Origin: Gemmatimonadota bacterium
Lineage (GTDB): Bacteria > Gemmatimonadota > Gemmatimonadetes > JACCXV01
Assembly: GCA_036556205.1 (NCBI GenBank)
Contig: DATBJW010000010.1
Span: forward strand, 4,228 to 68,227
Direction: 5' to 3'
DNA length: 64,000 nucleotides
Shown here: positions 45,156 through 55,246 of the stretch, piece by piece
Layout of the letters: each line of letters starts with the position of its first letter
Position numbering within the stretch: the first letter of the stretch is position 1
Position numbers and translations under genes: made by a program
The notes under the pieces: model-generated
What the model was told of the DNA's origin: nothing
The model's database searches: none
The model's input: only the letters and a program-made list of their open reading frames with translations

Positions 45156-46399
45156 GGGCGCAGCTCGAAGGGGGTCGGGTGGATGCACAGGAAGAACAGG
45201 GCCATCGTGATCCAGCCGATCGCCCTGCGCCGCCTGTCGAGGGGAAGGTCCAGGTCGAGGACCGGCGGATGCTTGACGCGCACCAGGAAGAGGATCAGGA
45301 ACACCCACATCCACCAGCCGTTCCAGAGCCATCCCATCGCGGCCAGCGCCACCACGGTGACCAGGCCCACCACGTGCTGTCCACGGCCCAGGAGCGCGTA
45401 CACGACGTGGCCGCCGTCGAGCTGCCCCACCGGCAGCAGGTTGAGCGCCGTGACGAAGAGCCCGATCCAACCCGCCAGCACCGTGCTCGTGGCCACGATG
45501 TCGCCGTGGGGCGGAATGTCGGGGCGCAGCCAGCGCTCGAGCGCCTTGAACAGCAGCGGCTCGTTGAACACGTAGGACGGACCCGCCACCTCCGGCGCGA
45601 TCGGCGCGTGCAGGATCCCGTAGATCAAAATCGGCAGCGCCACGACGGCTCCCGCCAGCGGTCCCGCCGCTCCCACGTCCATCAGGATGCGCCGGTTGTA
45701 GAGCGGCGTGCGCATCTTGATCACGGCACCCAGCGTGCCGATCGGCGACACGAACGGCGGGATCGGGATGTAGTATGGCAAGGTCGTGTCGAGCCCGTAG
45801 TGCCTCGCGGCGAAGAAGTGGCCGAACTCATGGCACGTCAGGATCGCGAGCAGGGAGAGCGCGAAGGGCAGGCCCGCGCGCATGGCCGCGAGGAAGCCGG
45901 CCAGTCCGCCGCCCGGCGCGGTCGCAGCCGCGAGCGGGTCCACGCCGTTCCAGTACGCCCCCGCCCAGGTGGTGGTCACGACCGTGAGCAGGAAGAGCAG
46001 CAGGTTGACCGGCCAGCCCTGCGGGAGCGCGCGGCTCTTGGGCCGCGAGACTGTGAGGTAGGTTTCGTCTCCCACGTGCTCGAAGAAGAAGTCCACCGGA
46101 AGACCGCTCAGGCTGCGCTCGACCGCTCGCCGCCGTTCCTCACCACCCGGCACCCGACCACGCACGATCCGCTTGCCCCCCACCTGATAGAGCCGGGCGT
46201 CCTGGAGCTGAGCCAGCACGCGCTGGTCCACCAGGTCCAGGACGGCCTTATCCGCTCCGAGCGGCCCCGGGGGCGCGCCGACGGGGGAGGGGCCGAAGGG
46301 CCTTCCGACGTCTCCGCCGGTCATCCTTCGCCTCTCACCAGCGGCCCCCGAAACGCGCTCGTGCGCCGCACCCACGTCGCCGGGGCTCCTTGACGCCAT
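45152..46399 (-). CDS. Site-2 protease family (M50) membrane metalloprotease
   Basis: HEFGHFFAARHYG zinc motif within a TM helix. Polytopic. LDGGHV motif. The start could be 46399 or the ATG at 46324. Confidence 0.8.
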   Translation of the reverse strand: MASRSPGDVGAAHERVSGAAGERRRMTGGDVGRPFGPSPVGAPPGPLGADKAVLDLVDQRVLAQLQDARLYQVGGKRIVRGRVPGGEERRRAVERSLSGLPVDFFFEHVGDETYLTVSRPKSRALPQGWPVNLLLFLLTVVTTTWAGAYWNGVDPLAAATAPGGGLAGFLAAMRAGLPFALSLLAILTCHEFGHFFAARHYGLDTTLPYYIPIPPFVSPIGTLGAVIKMRTPLYNRRILMDVGAAGPLAGAVVALPILIYGILHAPIAPEVAGPSYVFNEPLLFKALERWLRPDIPPHGDIVATSTVLAGWIGLFVTALNLLPVGQLDGGHVVYALLGRGQHVVGLVTVVALAAMGWLWNGWWMWVFLILFLVRVKHPPVLDLDLPLDRRRRAIGWITMALFFLCIHPTPFELRP

Positions 46400-46465
46400 G
46401 CCCCGCGCGAGGGAGCTTTGGCGGGTCCCGGAGGGGCGGAACCTTCACGATCGTGAGTCGGCCGC

Positions 46466-47359
46466 ATGATCGTCTTCCTGAACGGAGAGTTCGTGTCCTC
46501 GGCGCAGGCCCTCGTCCCCGCCGACGACCCCGCCTTCCTCTTCGGGGATGGAATCTACGAGACGGTGCTGGTCCGGAAGGGCCGGCTGCCCTTCTGGGAG
46601 GATCACTGGAGCCGGCTGTGCGCGTCCGCGGACGCGCTGGACATCCAGGTACCCCTCACGTTCGCGCAGGCCACGGAGATCCTGCGCGAGCTCATACGGC
46701 GCAACGACATGCCCGACGCGATCGGACGGATCCAGCTCTCGGGCGGCGGCCTGCCGCCCCTGCCTCCCGTCACCGGGAACGGGCGGCGCGAGCGCGGCGC
46801 ACGGCCGCCGCGCACCGTGACCGCGCGGCTCGACGCCCTGCCGGCCTACGGCCCCGAGGAGATCCTGCGCGGCTGGAAGGTCGTGCTCTCGAAGCTGCCC
46901 TACGCGCCCTTCCTGCCGCGCGTCAAGCACACTAGCCGGCTGTCCCACGTCGTGGCGCGCCGCGAGGCGGCGCGCGTCAACGCGCAGGAAGCGATTCTGC
47001 TCGACCACGATCAGGTGCTCCTCGAGGGCACGCGGAGCACCCTCTTCTTCTTCCGGCACGGGATCCTGCACACGCCCGCCCTCGACTGCGGGATTCTGGC
47101 CGGCGTGACGCGCGACAAGGTGCTGCGCGTGGCGCGGCGCGAGGGCATCCCCATCAACGAAGGGATCCACCTGCCGGTCGAGCTGGGGCGCGCGGAGGAG
47201 GTCTTTCTGAGCTTCACCTCCGCCGGCGTGATGCCGGTCACCGACGTGGATGGACGACCCGTCGGCCTGGGCCGCATGGGGCCGCTCACCCAGCGCATCA
47301 AGTCCGCCTACGACCGGATGCTGGCCACCACGATCGGCCGCGCAGCAGCCCTCGTCTGA
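46466..47359 (+). CDS. Class IV (fold type IV) aminotransferase / aminodeoxychorismate lyase-like
   Basis: MIVFLNGEFV...DPAFLFGDGIYETV... N-terminus and EGTRSTLFF, GILAGVTR motifs. 297 aa. Confidence 0.85.
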   Translation: MIVFLNGEFVSSAQALVPADDPAFLFGDGIYETVLVRKGRLPFWEDHWSRLCASADALDIQVPLTFAQATEILRELIRRNDMPDAIGRIQLSGGGLPPLPPVTGNGRRERGARPPRTVTARLDALPAYGPEEILRGWKVVLSKLPYAPFLPRVKHTSRLSHVVARREAARVNAQEAILLDHDQVLLEGTRSTLFFFRHGILHTPALDCGILAGVTRDKVLRVARREGIPINEGIHLPVELGRAEEVFLSFTSAGVMPVTDVDGRPVGLGRMGPLTQRIKSAYDRMLATTIGRAAALV

Positions 47360-47397
47360 TCTGACGAATTCCTCCCGCCGGCGCGGTCCCGCGGCGG

Positions 47398-48180
47398 CTA
47401 GTGCGGCACCTGCATGAGCGTGTCCAGCCCGGGCGGCATCATCACGTCGGCCCGCGGATAGAGCGTGAACGCCACGCTCAGCACGGCACCCTTCCCGGTC
47501 TTCTGCCCTTCCTCCTTCAAGGCCGCGATCTGATCGGCGTACTTCCGGGCGATGTCGAGATTCTTCTGCGGCACGCCGGGACTCTGCGAGGCGAGCGCGC
47601 TGTGGGCTTCCATCAGCCGCAGGCCGGTCCACATGTAGGCGCTGGGCGACATGTCGTGGTCGGCGAAGGCGTCGGCCAACGCCACGCGCGCATTGGCATA
47701 GCCCTTCACGCCGGCCACCGCGTCGCCCAGGCCGGCCGCGCCGCTCTTCTCGTCGATCCGCTCGCCGCGGGCCTGCATATCCTCGATCCAGCTCTTCATC
47801 TTACCCCAGGCCTCGTCCGTGACGGCGAAGAAGGTCTCGACCTGACCCTCGTCGAGCGTGCCGTCGGCCGGCGGCGTGAAGGGATGCTGTTGCTCCAGCG
47901 CCGCCACCTTCTTCTCGGCCGCCTCCTGGTCCTCGACGCCGGCTTTCACCGACTCGCCGACGTCCCCGAGCTTCTTCTTCAGGAAGATTCCGCATGTGAA
48001 CATCACGATCAGCGCGAGCAACGCGATGATGCCGCACCCGATCGCGAGCTTGACTGCGTTCGAAAGTCCCTGTTTCGGGGGCGGTGGCGCTCCCGGCACC
48101 GCTCCGGGAGGCGGCGCGGCGGGAGGCGGTGGCGGCGGCGTGCTCGGTGGAGGAGTGCTCGGCGGCGGCTCGGCGGTCAT
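47398..48180 (-). CDS. Hypothetical single-pass membrane protein with Pro-rich N-terminus
   Basis: 260 aa. [21 protein letters not shown] stretch, one TM ([23 protein letters not shown]), then a helical soluble domain. Confidence 0.5.
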   Translation of the reverse strand: MTAEPPPSTPPPSTPPPPPPAAPPPGAVPGAPPPPKQGLSNAVKLAIGCGIIALLALIVMFTCGIFLKKKLGDVGESVKAGVEDQEAAEKKVAALEQQHPFTPPADGTLDEGQVETFFAVTDEAWGKMKSWIEDMQARGERIDEKSGAAGLGDAVAGVKGYANARVALADAFADHDMSPSAYMWTGLRLMEAHSALASQSPGVPQKNLDIARKYADQIAALKEEGQKTGKGAVLSVAFTLYPRADVMMPPGLDTLMQVPH

Positions 48181-48226
48181 CGGACTCCTTCCGTGGAGGT
48201 GATGGAGGGAATATAGACGACGGGCC

Positions 48227-49339
48227 TCAGACGTTGAACCGGAAGTGCGCCACGTCTCCGTCCTTGATGATGTACTCCTTCCCTTCGAGCCGCAGCTTTC
48301 CGGCCTCCCGCATCCTGGCCTCGGTGCCCAGCCGCAGCAGCTCGTCGTGCTCCATGATCTCGGCGCGGATGAAGCCGCGCTCGATGTCGGAGTGGATCTT
48401 CCCGCCCGCGGGCTGCGCGGCCGTGCCGCGGCGGATCGTCCAGGCGCGGACTTCGTCGGGCCCTACGGTGAAGAAGCTGATCAGATCCAGCAGGGCGTAG
48501 GCCTCGCGGATGAAACGGTCCTGGGCCGGCTCGGCGAGCCCGAGCTCGCGCGCGAAAGCGGCCCGCTCCCCGCGCGGAAGCTGCGCGATCTCGGCCTCGA
48601 CGGGCGCCGATAGGACCAGGGCCGGCATGCCGTGGGCGGCCGTGAGCTCGCGCACGTCGGGCGGGAGGTCGGCGCCGGCCTGCGCCTCGGGCACGTTGAG
48701 GACCGCCATCATGGGTTTCTTCGAGAGGAAGCCGAAGCCCCCGAACCCCGCCCATTCCGCCTCCGTGAGAGCCAGCGCGCGGAGCGGGCTCTCCGTCTCG
48801 AGGTGCGCGTGGATGCGCTCGAGCAGCTCCTGCTCCCGGGCGAAGGACGCTCGCTCCCCCTTCCGCAGTCGCGCCAGCCGCCGCTCCACGACGTCCGTGT
48901 CGGCGAGCAGCGTCTCGGCCTCGAAGTCGGCGATCTCGCCCGCCGGACGCGGCCGGCCGCCCGTCGCGGGATCGTCGAACCCACGCACGACCTGCGCCAT
49001 CGCGTCCATGTCGCGCATGGCGGCGATCGTGCCGGGGTCGAGCCCGCGGGCCGTGGCGGCGGGATTGCCGGCGACGTCGCTGAAGCGGACCTCGGCGTAG
49101 ACCGTCCGTTTGGGCTTGAAGAGCGCCGAGAGCGCGTCGATCCGCGCGTCGGGAACCTTGACGACGCCCACGTTCGTCTTGCCGCGTCCCCCGCCCGGCC
49201 CCGTCTCGGCGGCCAGGCCCGTGAGCGCGTTGAAGACGGTCGTCTTGCCCGAGCCGGGGAAGCCCACCAGGCCGATCTTCACGGGGTTCGATCCATCGAG
49301 ACTCTTTCTCTGACGGGGGCGGCTGATAGGTTCGCGCAA
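48227..49339 (-). CDS. ychF: YchF/OLA1-family P-loop NTPase (divergent G domain)
   Basis: [17 protein letters not shown]-loop. C-terminal TGS/DUF933-type end ...[30 protein letters not shown]...[14 protein letters not shown]. The start is uncertain (TTG at 49339 or GTG at 49282). Confidence 0.85.
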   Translation of the reverse strand: MREPISRPRQRKSLDGSNPVKIGLVGFPGSGKTTVFNALTGLAAETGPGGGRGKTNVGVVKVPDARIDALSALFKPKRTVYAEVRFSDVAGNPAATARGLDPGTIAAMRDMDAMAQVVRGFDDPATGGRPRPAGEIADFEAETLLADTDVVERRLARLRKGERASFAREQELLERIHAHLETESPLRALALTEAEWAGFGGFGFLSKKPMMAVLNVPEAQAGADLPPDVRELTAAHGMPALVLSAPVEAEIAQLPRGERAAFARELGLAEPAQDRFIREAYALLDLISFFTVGPDEVRAWTIRRGTAAQPAGGKIHSDIERGFIRAEIMEHDELLRLGTEARMREAGKLRLEGKEYIIKDGDVAHFRFNV

Positions 49340-49461
49340 GAAAGCCAGCCAATGCTGTAGCGGCGTGTCTCCTTCCGCCAGCCCGAGGGGGTGTCCGCGG
49401 AGCGCGCCGGAGGCGTCGGATCCGACGTCCCTGACGGGCGTCGTCGAAGAGGAGGGCGAAG

Positions 49462-49956
49462 ATGACGGACAAGAGCACCTTCACAGCACAGGAGTGGCGC
49501 GCGCTGCGCGACGCTCCGCACATGGTCGCGGTGGCGGTGTCGGCCGCTACGGCCAGCGGCGTGACGGGGACCCTTCACGAAGCCGTCTCGGCGAGCACGG
49601 CGCTCATGGAGGGCGTGAAGAGCGAGAGCGCTCTGCTGCGGTCGCTCATCACTCGGGAGGAGCTCCTGGCAGCGCAGGAGTCGCTGCGCGAGAACGTGAA
49701 GGACGCCCACGCGGACCGCGGGAAGCTCGAATTCCAGGACCTCATGCTGGGCGAAGTGCGCGAAGCCGTCGGCGTGCTGGACCGAAGGGCCAAGCCGGAG
49801 GAAGCCGAGGCCTACCGCGCCTTTCTGCTCTACGTGGCCAACAGCGTCGCCGAGGCGGCACGGGAGGGCGGCTTCATCGGGATCGGCGGCAAACGGGTGA
49901 GCGACGAGGAGCAGCGGTTGCTCGAGCGGCTGCGGGGCGTCGTGCGCAAGGTTTGA
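49462..49956 (+). CDS. Hypothetical helical protein
   Basis: 164 aa. GAGGAGG Shine-Dalgarno 6 nt upstream of the ATG. No motif recognised. Confidence 0.5.
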   Translation: MTDKSTFTAQEWRALRDAPHMVAVAVSAATASGVTGTLHEAVSASTALMEGVKSESALLRSLITREELLAAQESLRENVKDAHADRGKLEFQDLMLGEVREAVGVLDRRAKPEEAEAYRAFLLYVANSVAEAAREGGFIGIGGKRVSDEEQRLLERLRGVVRKV

Positions 49957-50002
49957 GCGACCATCGTTCGGATCCCCACTCGAATCCCAGCGGAGGAAAG
50001 GC

Positions 50003-51157
50003 ATGCCCAAGGCCTTCGACATGAACGCGATCCAGCGCGGAGCGCGTCTGCGGCGCTCGCCCTACTTCGACGCCACGCTGAAGGCCGGCTGCTGGGGCTA
50101 TACGGTTTACAACCACATGTTCCTACCCATCGGCTACGACGACCTGGAGAAGGAGTACTGGAGGCTGCTGGAGGGCGTGACGGTCTGGGACGTGGCCGTC
50201 GAGCGTCAGGTCGAGATCACGGGGCCCGACGCCTTCCGGTTCACGAACCTGCTCACTCCGCGCGACCTCTCCCGGTGCAAGGTCGGGCAGGGAAAGTACG
50301 TCCTCATCACGGCCGACGACGGCGGCATCATCAACGATCCGGTGCTGATGCGGCTCGGCGAGAACCACTTCTGGCTGGCCCTGGCCGACAGCGACGTGCT
50401 GCTCTGGGCGAAGGGCGTGGCTCTCAACTCGGGGATGAAGGTCGAGATCCTCGAGCCCGACGTCTCACCCATGCAGATCCAGGGCCCCAAATCGAAGCCG
50501 GTCGTCCAGGCTCTCTTCGGCGACGACGTGCTGAAGCTGCCCTACTACTACTTCATGGAGACCCGGCTCGACGGCATCCCGCTGATCGTGACCCGCACGG
50601 GCTGGAGCGGTGAGGTGGGCTACGAGCTCTACCTGCGGGACGGGAGCCGCGGCGTGGAGCTCTGGGAGCGCGTGATGGCGGCGGGGAAGCCCTACGACAT
50701 CGCGCCCACCGGGCCCTCCGACATCCGGCGCGTCGAGGCCGGCATCCTGAACTGGGGCGCCGACATGACGCTGGCCGAAAACCCTTACGAGGTCGGGCTC
50801 GAGCGGCTGGTGGACCGGGCCAAGAAGGCCGACTACATCGGCCGGAAGGCCCTGCGCCGGGTTCGGGAAGAGGGGGTCAAGCGGAAGCTCGTGGGCGTGC
50901 AGATCCAGGGCGAGCGCATCGAGTTCAATATGACGAAGTGGCCGGTGACGCTCGGCGACGGCGGCGAGCCGATCGGGATGATCACCTCGGCGATCTGGTC
51001 GCCGCGGCTGAAGACGAACATCGGCTACGCGATGCTCCCGGCCGGGCACTCCGAGCTGGGCACGCGGCTCGCCCTCGCCACCCCCGACGGCGACCGCCAG
51101 GCGCTGGTCGTGCGCATGCCGTTCATCGACCCGGAGAAGGAGATCCCGAAGAGCTAG
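50003..51157 (+). CDS. Aminomethyltransferase (GcvT/DmdA-like, folate-dependent) family protein
   Basis: 384 aa. RLRRSPYFDATLKAGCWGYTVYNHMFLP..., VWDVAVERQVEITGPDA, TRTGWSGEVGYELY. The N-terminal organisation resembles the DmdA-type subfamily more than canonical GcvT (by eye). Confidence 0.75.
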   Translation: MPKAFDMNAIQRGARLRRSPYFDATLKAGCWGYTVYNHMFLPIGYDDLEKEYWRLLEGVTVWDVAVERQVEITGPDAFRFTNLLTPRDLSRCKVGQGKYVLITADDGGIINDPVLMRLGENHFWLALADSDVLLWAKGVALNSGMKVEILEPDVSPMQIQGPKSKPVVQALFGDDVLKLPYYYFMETRLDGIPLIVTRTGWSGEVGYELYLRDGSRGVELWERVMAAGKPYDIAPTGPSDIRRVEAGILNWGADMTLAENPYEVGLERLVDRAKKADYIGRKALRRVREEGVKRKLVGVQIQGERIEFNMTKWPVTLGDGGEPIGMITSAIWSPRLKTNIGYAMLPAGHSELGTRLALATPDGDRQALVVRMPFIDPEKEIPKS

Positions 51158-51933
51158 CGGTTCATGCTCTCCCGCAGATCCACCAGAGCCTGGTCGAAGG
51201 CATCGACCCGGATCAGACCTAAACGCGGATACTCGAGGTCGAGGACGACGTAGACCGCGGTGGCGATGGCCAGGGCGAAGCCAAGCATATGGAACCAGCT
51301 GCGCATCTTGCTGCCGGCCATCCCATAGCCCGCCAGAAGCGAGGCGGCCAGCGCCAGCCCGACGAGCATCACAAAGACGACCATCGGTGGATGCATTTGC
51401 GTCGCCATGGTCCGCGTCGTCGTGATGTCGATCATCGCGTTGAGGGCGGACAGAAGCAGAATCGCCGCCGCGGGCGGCGCGTCCTCGGCCCGCACGGCGT
51501 AGACCGCCTCGCGCCAAATCTCTCGCTGAAGTCGATTCGATTCGGCAAGTTCCCTTTTCGCTGCCGCTATGTCCGGAAGTTTCTGGTACACTGCCAGGCG
51601 CGAATCGAGATAACGGCGAAAGCTGTCCCGCAAGGGCGGCTGCGCGGCGGCGGGGAGCAGATCCAATCGCAGATAGGCGGTGCCGATGGCGTTCGCCTCT
51701 TCCACGATCAACTGACGGCGCGTGTCGAATCTCGCGCTGGCTCCCGAAAACGTGAACGCGATGAGCAGTCCCAGAAGACCGAACACAGCCCCATCGACGG
51801 CGGTGATTCCTTCCCCTGCGCCTCTGGCGTCTTTGAGCCGCCGCGCGGCGAGTCGGCGGCCGATTTCCATGAAGGACACCATGCCCGCGAGCAAACCAAA
51901 GGCGATCAGGAATACCAACAGGGCATGATTCAT
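51154..51933 (-). CDS. DUF4239-like membrane protein
   Basis: 259 aa with TM helices at both ends and a central helical region (EEANAIGTAYLRLDLLP...). Visibly lower GC than surrounding genes. The 3' end overlaps the convergent gene by 4 nt. Confidence 0.5.
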   Translation of the reverse strand: MNHALLVFLIAFGLLAGMVSFMEIGRRLAARRLKDARGAGEGITAVDGAVFGLLGLLIAFTFSGASARFDTRRQLIVEEANAIGTAYLRLDLLPAAAQPPLRDSFRRYLDSRLAVYQKLPDIAAAKRELAESNRLQREIWREAVYAVRAEDAPPAAAILLLSALNAMIDITTTRTMATQMHPPMVVFVMLVGLALAASLLAGYGMAGSKMRSWFHMLGFALAIATAVYVVLDLEYPRLGLIRVDAFDQALVDLRESMNR

Positions 51934-51946
51934 GTCCGGTCCTCCG

Positions 51947-52507
51947 CTAGTCGATCCCTGCCTGCCGCTGGAGCCAGCGCACGTAGGCCGTGATCTCGGA
52001 GACCTGGCCGGCAGTGACGCCGGGGACCGGGGCCATGTCCCCGAATTGCCAGTGATGGGCGCGCACGCCGTTCAGGGCGGCCATCTGGAAGGCGGCGTCG
52101 GAGTGGTGGTTGGGCTCGTAGATGATGTGCACGAAGGGTGGGCCCTGGTCCGTGCCGGTGGCCCGCGGGCCATGGCAGCGGGCGCAGTTCTGGTCGAATA
52201 GACGTTCCCCCTCGGCCAGCTCGGGCGGAGTGGACGGCGCGGCTGCGGCGCCCGGAGAGGCCGGCGCCCCGACGGTGGGAGCGGCAGGCGCTTCGGCGGT
52301 GGGAGCGGCGGTGGGGGCCGGCGCCTCCACGGCCGGAGCGGCGGCGCCCGAGGGTGGCGTGTCCGCGGGGCTCGCCTCCGCCGCCGACGGGTCGCCGGCG
52401 GGAGGCAAAGACGCACCGTCATCGGCCCGCCCGCAGGCCGCAAGCAGCCCGAACGCGGCGACCGCGGCGACGAACGTCGCGGCTCGCCTGCCGGACGGCC
52501 GGCTCAC
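51947..52507 (-). CDS. Class I c-type cytochrome lipoprotein
   Basis: Lipobox LLAACG, long Ala/Pro linker, haem motif CARCH, downstream Met ligand candidate (GDMAPV). The GTG start overlaps the rocD stop (GTGA). Confidence 0.7.
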   Translation of the reverse strand: MSRPSGRRAATFVAAVAAFGLLAACGRADDGASLPPAGDPSAAEASPADTPPSGAAAPAVEAPAPTAAPTAEAPAAPTVGAPASPGAAAAPSTPPELAEGERLFDQNCARCHGPRATGTDQGPPFVHIIYEPNHHSDAAFQMAALNGVRAHHWQFGDMAPVPGVTAGQVSEITAYVRWLQRQAGID

Positions 52508-53739
52508 GCCGAGAGGACGCGCTGGATGCGCTCCAACCCCCAGTCGATGTCAGAGGGCTGAATGACGAGCGGCGGGGCGATGCGGAGCACCTTGTCGTGG
52601 GTCTCCTTGCACAGCACACCCTGCTCCTTGAGCGCCTCGCAGTAGGGGCGCGCCGGCCCGTCCAGCTCGATGCCCACCAGCAGCCCCCGGCCGCGGATCT
52701 CCTTCACGTGCGGGCTCTTGATCTTGCGCAGGCGCTCCATCAGGTAGCTGCCGAGCTCCGCCGAGCGCTGGACCAGGCCCTCGTCCTTGAGCACGCGCAG
52801 CGCGGTGCGCGCGATGGCCGCCGCGAGCGGGTTCCCACCGAAGGTCGAGCCGTGGTCGCCGGGCTTGAGCACCAGGATCACCTCGTCGCGCGCCGCCACG
52901 GCCGAGACCGGATAGAAGCCGCCCGAGAGCGCCTTGCCGAGCGTCATCATGTCGGGCTTCACGCCGTCGTGGTCCACACCGAACATCTTGCCCGTGCGCC
53001 CCAGCCCGGTCTGGATCTCGTCGGCGATGAAGAGCACGTCCTTGGCCTTGCAGATGTCCGCGGCTTCGCGCAGGTACCCGTCGGGCGGCAGCAGAATGCC
53101 GGCCTCGGCCTGGATCGGCTCCACCAGGAACGCGCACGTGTTGTCGGTGATGGCCTCGCGCAGGGCGCCCGCGTCGCCGAAAGGGATCAGCTTGAAGCCC
53201 GGCGTGAAGGGGCCGAAGCCCTCGCGGTACTGGGGCTCGCTCGAGAAGGAGATCACGGTCGTCGTACGGCCGTGGAAGTTGTTCTCGCAGGCGATGATCT
53301 CGGCGCGCCCGGCGGGGATCCCCTTCTCCACGTAGCCCCACTTGCGGGCGATCTTGATCGCGGTCTCGACGGCCTCGGCGCCGGTGTTCATGGGCAGGAC
53401 CTTGTCCAGGCCCGTGAGCTCGGCGACGTCCTTCAGGAAGAGCGGCAGCTGGTCGTTGCGGAAGGCGCGGCTGGTCAGCGTCACCCGATGCGCCTGCTCG
53501 ATCACGGTCTGAAGGATGGCGGGGTTGCAGTGGCCCTGGTTGACCGCGGAGTACGACGAGAGCAGGTCCAGGTAGCGCTTGCCGTCAACGTCCTCGACCC
53601 AGCAGCCCTCCGCCTTGCGGAGGACCACGTCGAGGGGGTTGTAGTTGTGCGCTCCGTACTGCTCCTCGAGCTCGATCAGCTCGGCCGCGCGGCGGGACGC
53701 GCGCACGGTCGTCGCTCTGGTCTCTACGGTCACAGGCAA
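52504..53739 (-). CDS. rocD: Ornithine--oxo-acid aminotransferase
   Basis: YGAHNYNPLDVVL..., SSYSAVNQGHCNP, FIADEIQTGLGRTG, TFGGNPLA. 411 aa. Confidence 0.9.
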   Translation of the reverse strand: MPVTVETRATTVRASRRAAELIELEEQYGAHNYNPLDVVLRKAEGCWVEDVDGKRYLDLLSSYSAVNQGHCNPAILQTVIEQAHRVTLTSRAFRNDQLPLFLKDVAELTGLDKVLPMNTGAEAVETAIKIARKWGYVEKGIPAGRAEIIACENNFHGRTTTVISFSSEPQYREGFGPFTPGFKLIPFGDAGALREAITDNTCAFLVEPIQAEAGILLPPDGYLREAADICKAKDVLFIADEIQTGLGRTGKMFGVDHDGVKPDMMTLGKALSGGFYPVSAVAARDEVILVLKPGDHGSTFGGNPLAAAIARTALRVLKDEGLVQRSAELGSYLMERLRKIKSPHVKEIRGRGLLVGIELDGPARPYCEALKEQGVLCKETHDKVLRIAPPLVIQPSDIDWGLERIQRVLSA

Positions 53740-53874
53740 CTCCGGATGAAGGGGTTTGGATTCGAGCCGCTAAAGCTCCACGGGCGCGGGTGCCGGGTCA
53801 ATCCCCCGGGGCCGGCTTTCCCGCGGAGCGGCCCGGCGCTACACTCCGGAAGGCGCAACTCCTAACGGGAGAAC

Positions 53875-54372
53875 ATGATGGCTCAGGACAGCTCGTTCGA
53901 CGTGGTCTCGGAAGTGGACCTGATGGAGGTCACGAACGCTCTGCAGCAGGCTCAGAAGGAGATCTCGCAGCGGTTCGACTTCAAGAACACGGCGGCGAGT
54001 GTCGAGCCGGAGGGGAAGGAAGCGATCGTGCTGACCGCCGACGACGAGCAGCAGCTGGCACGCGTCTACGACGTGCTGGCCGAGAAGCTGGCCCGCCGCA
54101 AGGTGCCGCTCAAGGCGCTCGAGCGGGGCGCGATCGAGCCGGCGGCCAAGGGCACGGTGCGGCAGCGGCTCAAGATCGTGGCCGGGCTGGAAGGCGAGCT
54201 CGCCAAGGAGATCAGCAAATTCGTCCGCGGTCTGGGCCTCAAGGTCCAGACCACGATCATGGGCGACCACGTGCGGGTGAGCGGCAAGAAGAAGGACGAC
54301 CTGCAGGCCGTGATGGGGGCGCTACGCGAAAAGGACTGGCCGCGAGCGCTGCAGTTCAAGAACTACCGCTGA
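53875..54372 (+). CDS. yajQ: YajQ-family nucleotide-binding protein (UPF0234)
   Basis: SFDVVSEVDLMEVTNALQQAQKEISQRFDFK... and C-terminal ...DDLQAVMGALREKDWPRALQFKNYR. Confidence 0.9.
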   Translation: MMAQDSSFDVVSEVDLMEVTNALQQAQKEISQRFDFKNTAASVEPEGKEAIVLTADDEQQLARVYDVLAEKLARRKVPLKALERGAIEPAAKGTVRQRLKIVAGLEGELAKEISKFVRGLGLKVQTTIMGDHVRVSGKKKDDLQAVMGALREKDWPRALQFKNYR

Positions 54373-55110
54373 TCACTCCACTTCGAACTCCAGCGTCGTC
54401 ACCGCCGTGATGTCCTTCTGCAGCGACGACTGGTCGTTGATGCCGTAGTCCGAGACCTCGTTCGAGAACGCGGGCGTGATCTGCAGCACGCCCATCCGCG
54501 CCGACCGCAGCTTGCCGATCTTGCTTCCCACGGCCTGGGAGATCCGCTCGGCCCGCTCCTTGGCGTCCTTCGCGGCCTCGGCCTGCATCTCCACCTTCAG
54601 GTCGCCGAGCTTCGTGTACAGGTACTGGGGCTGCTGAGACTCGAGCGCCACGCCCTGGTTGATGAGCTCGGTGGACTCGCGCGAGATACGCGTGATGCGG
54701 TCCACGTCGGAGGAGCGGATCTCGACACCCTGCTGGAGCCGGTAGCCCGCGATCTCACTCAGCTCCATCCCCTGCTCGCCGACCGGGTGCAGCGCCTGGG
54801 TCGAGATCGAGGTCTCGACGATCTGGTCCGCAGGGATCCCCTTCTCGATCAGGTAGGCCTTGAGCTTCGCCATTCCTCCCTTGAGGTCGGCGTAGGCCTG
54901 CTGCAGGTCGCTGGCCTGGTAGGCGACGTAGCCCCGCCAGATGATCAGGTCGGAGGTGATCTGCTTCCGGGCCGACCCGGTGACGGTGATCGTCTGCTGG
55001 GAGGCCTTGACGCGCTCCAGAGCGCGCGCTCCGAGGGCCGCGGCGATCACGATCGCCAGGCCGATCACGAGCGCGGAGAGGAGCGGCTGGTACGAGCGGG
55101 TGTCGGGCAT
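54373..55110 (-). CDS. SIMPL (DUF541) domain protein
   Basis: N-terminal TM/signal, then ITVTGSARKQITSDLIIWRGYV... and C-terminal ITAVTTLEFEV, typical of the SIMPL/BP26 family. ATG at 55110 chosen by residue count. Confidence 0.75.
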   Translation of the reverse strand: MPDTRSYQPLLSALVIGLAIVIAAALGARALERVKASQQTITVTGSARKQITSDLIIWRGYVAYQASDLQQAYADLKGGMAKLKAYLIEKGIPADQIVETSISTQALHPVGEQGMELSEIAGYRLQQGVEIRSSDVDRITRISRESTELINQGVALESQQPQYLYTKLGDLKVEMQAEAAKDAKERAERISQAVGSKIGKLRSARMGVLQITPAFSNEVSDYGINDQSSLQKDITAVTTLEFEVE

Positions 55111-55246
55111 GGAGCTCCAGGTATGGACGTCGAAGTGGTGGCCGGGCTTGCGGGACGGCCGCTGCGGCACCTCCGGTCGGCATCCCTACCCCGCAGGGAT
55201 CGGCGGGGTTTCGCCGAGCGTCGCGCCGTCTCCCCGGAGGGCCATC

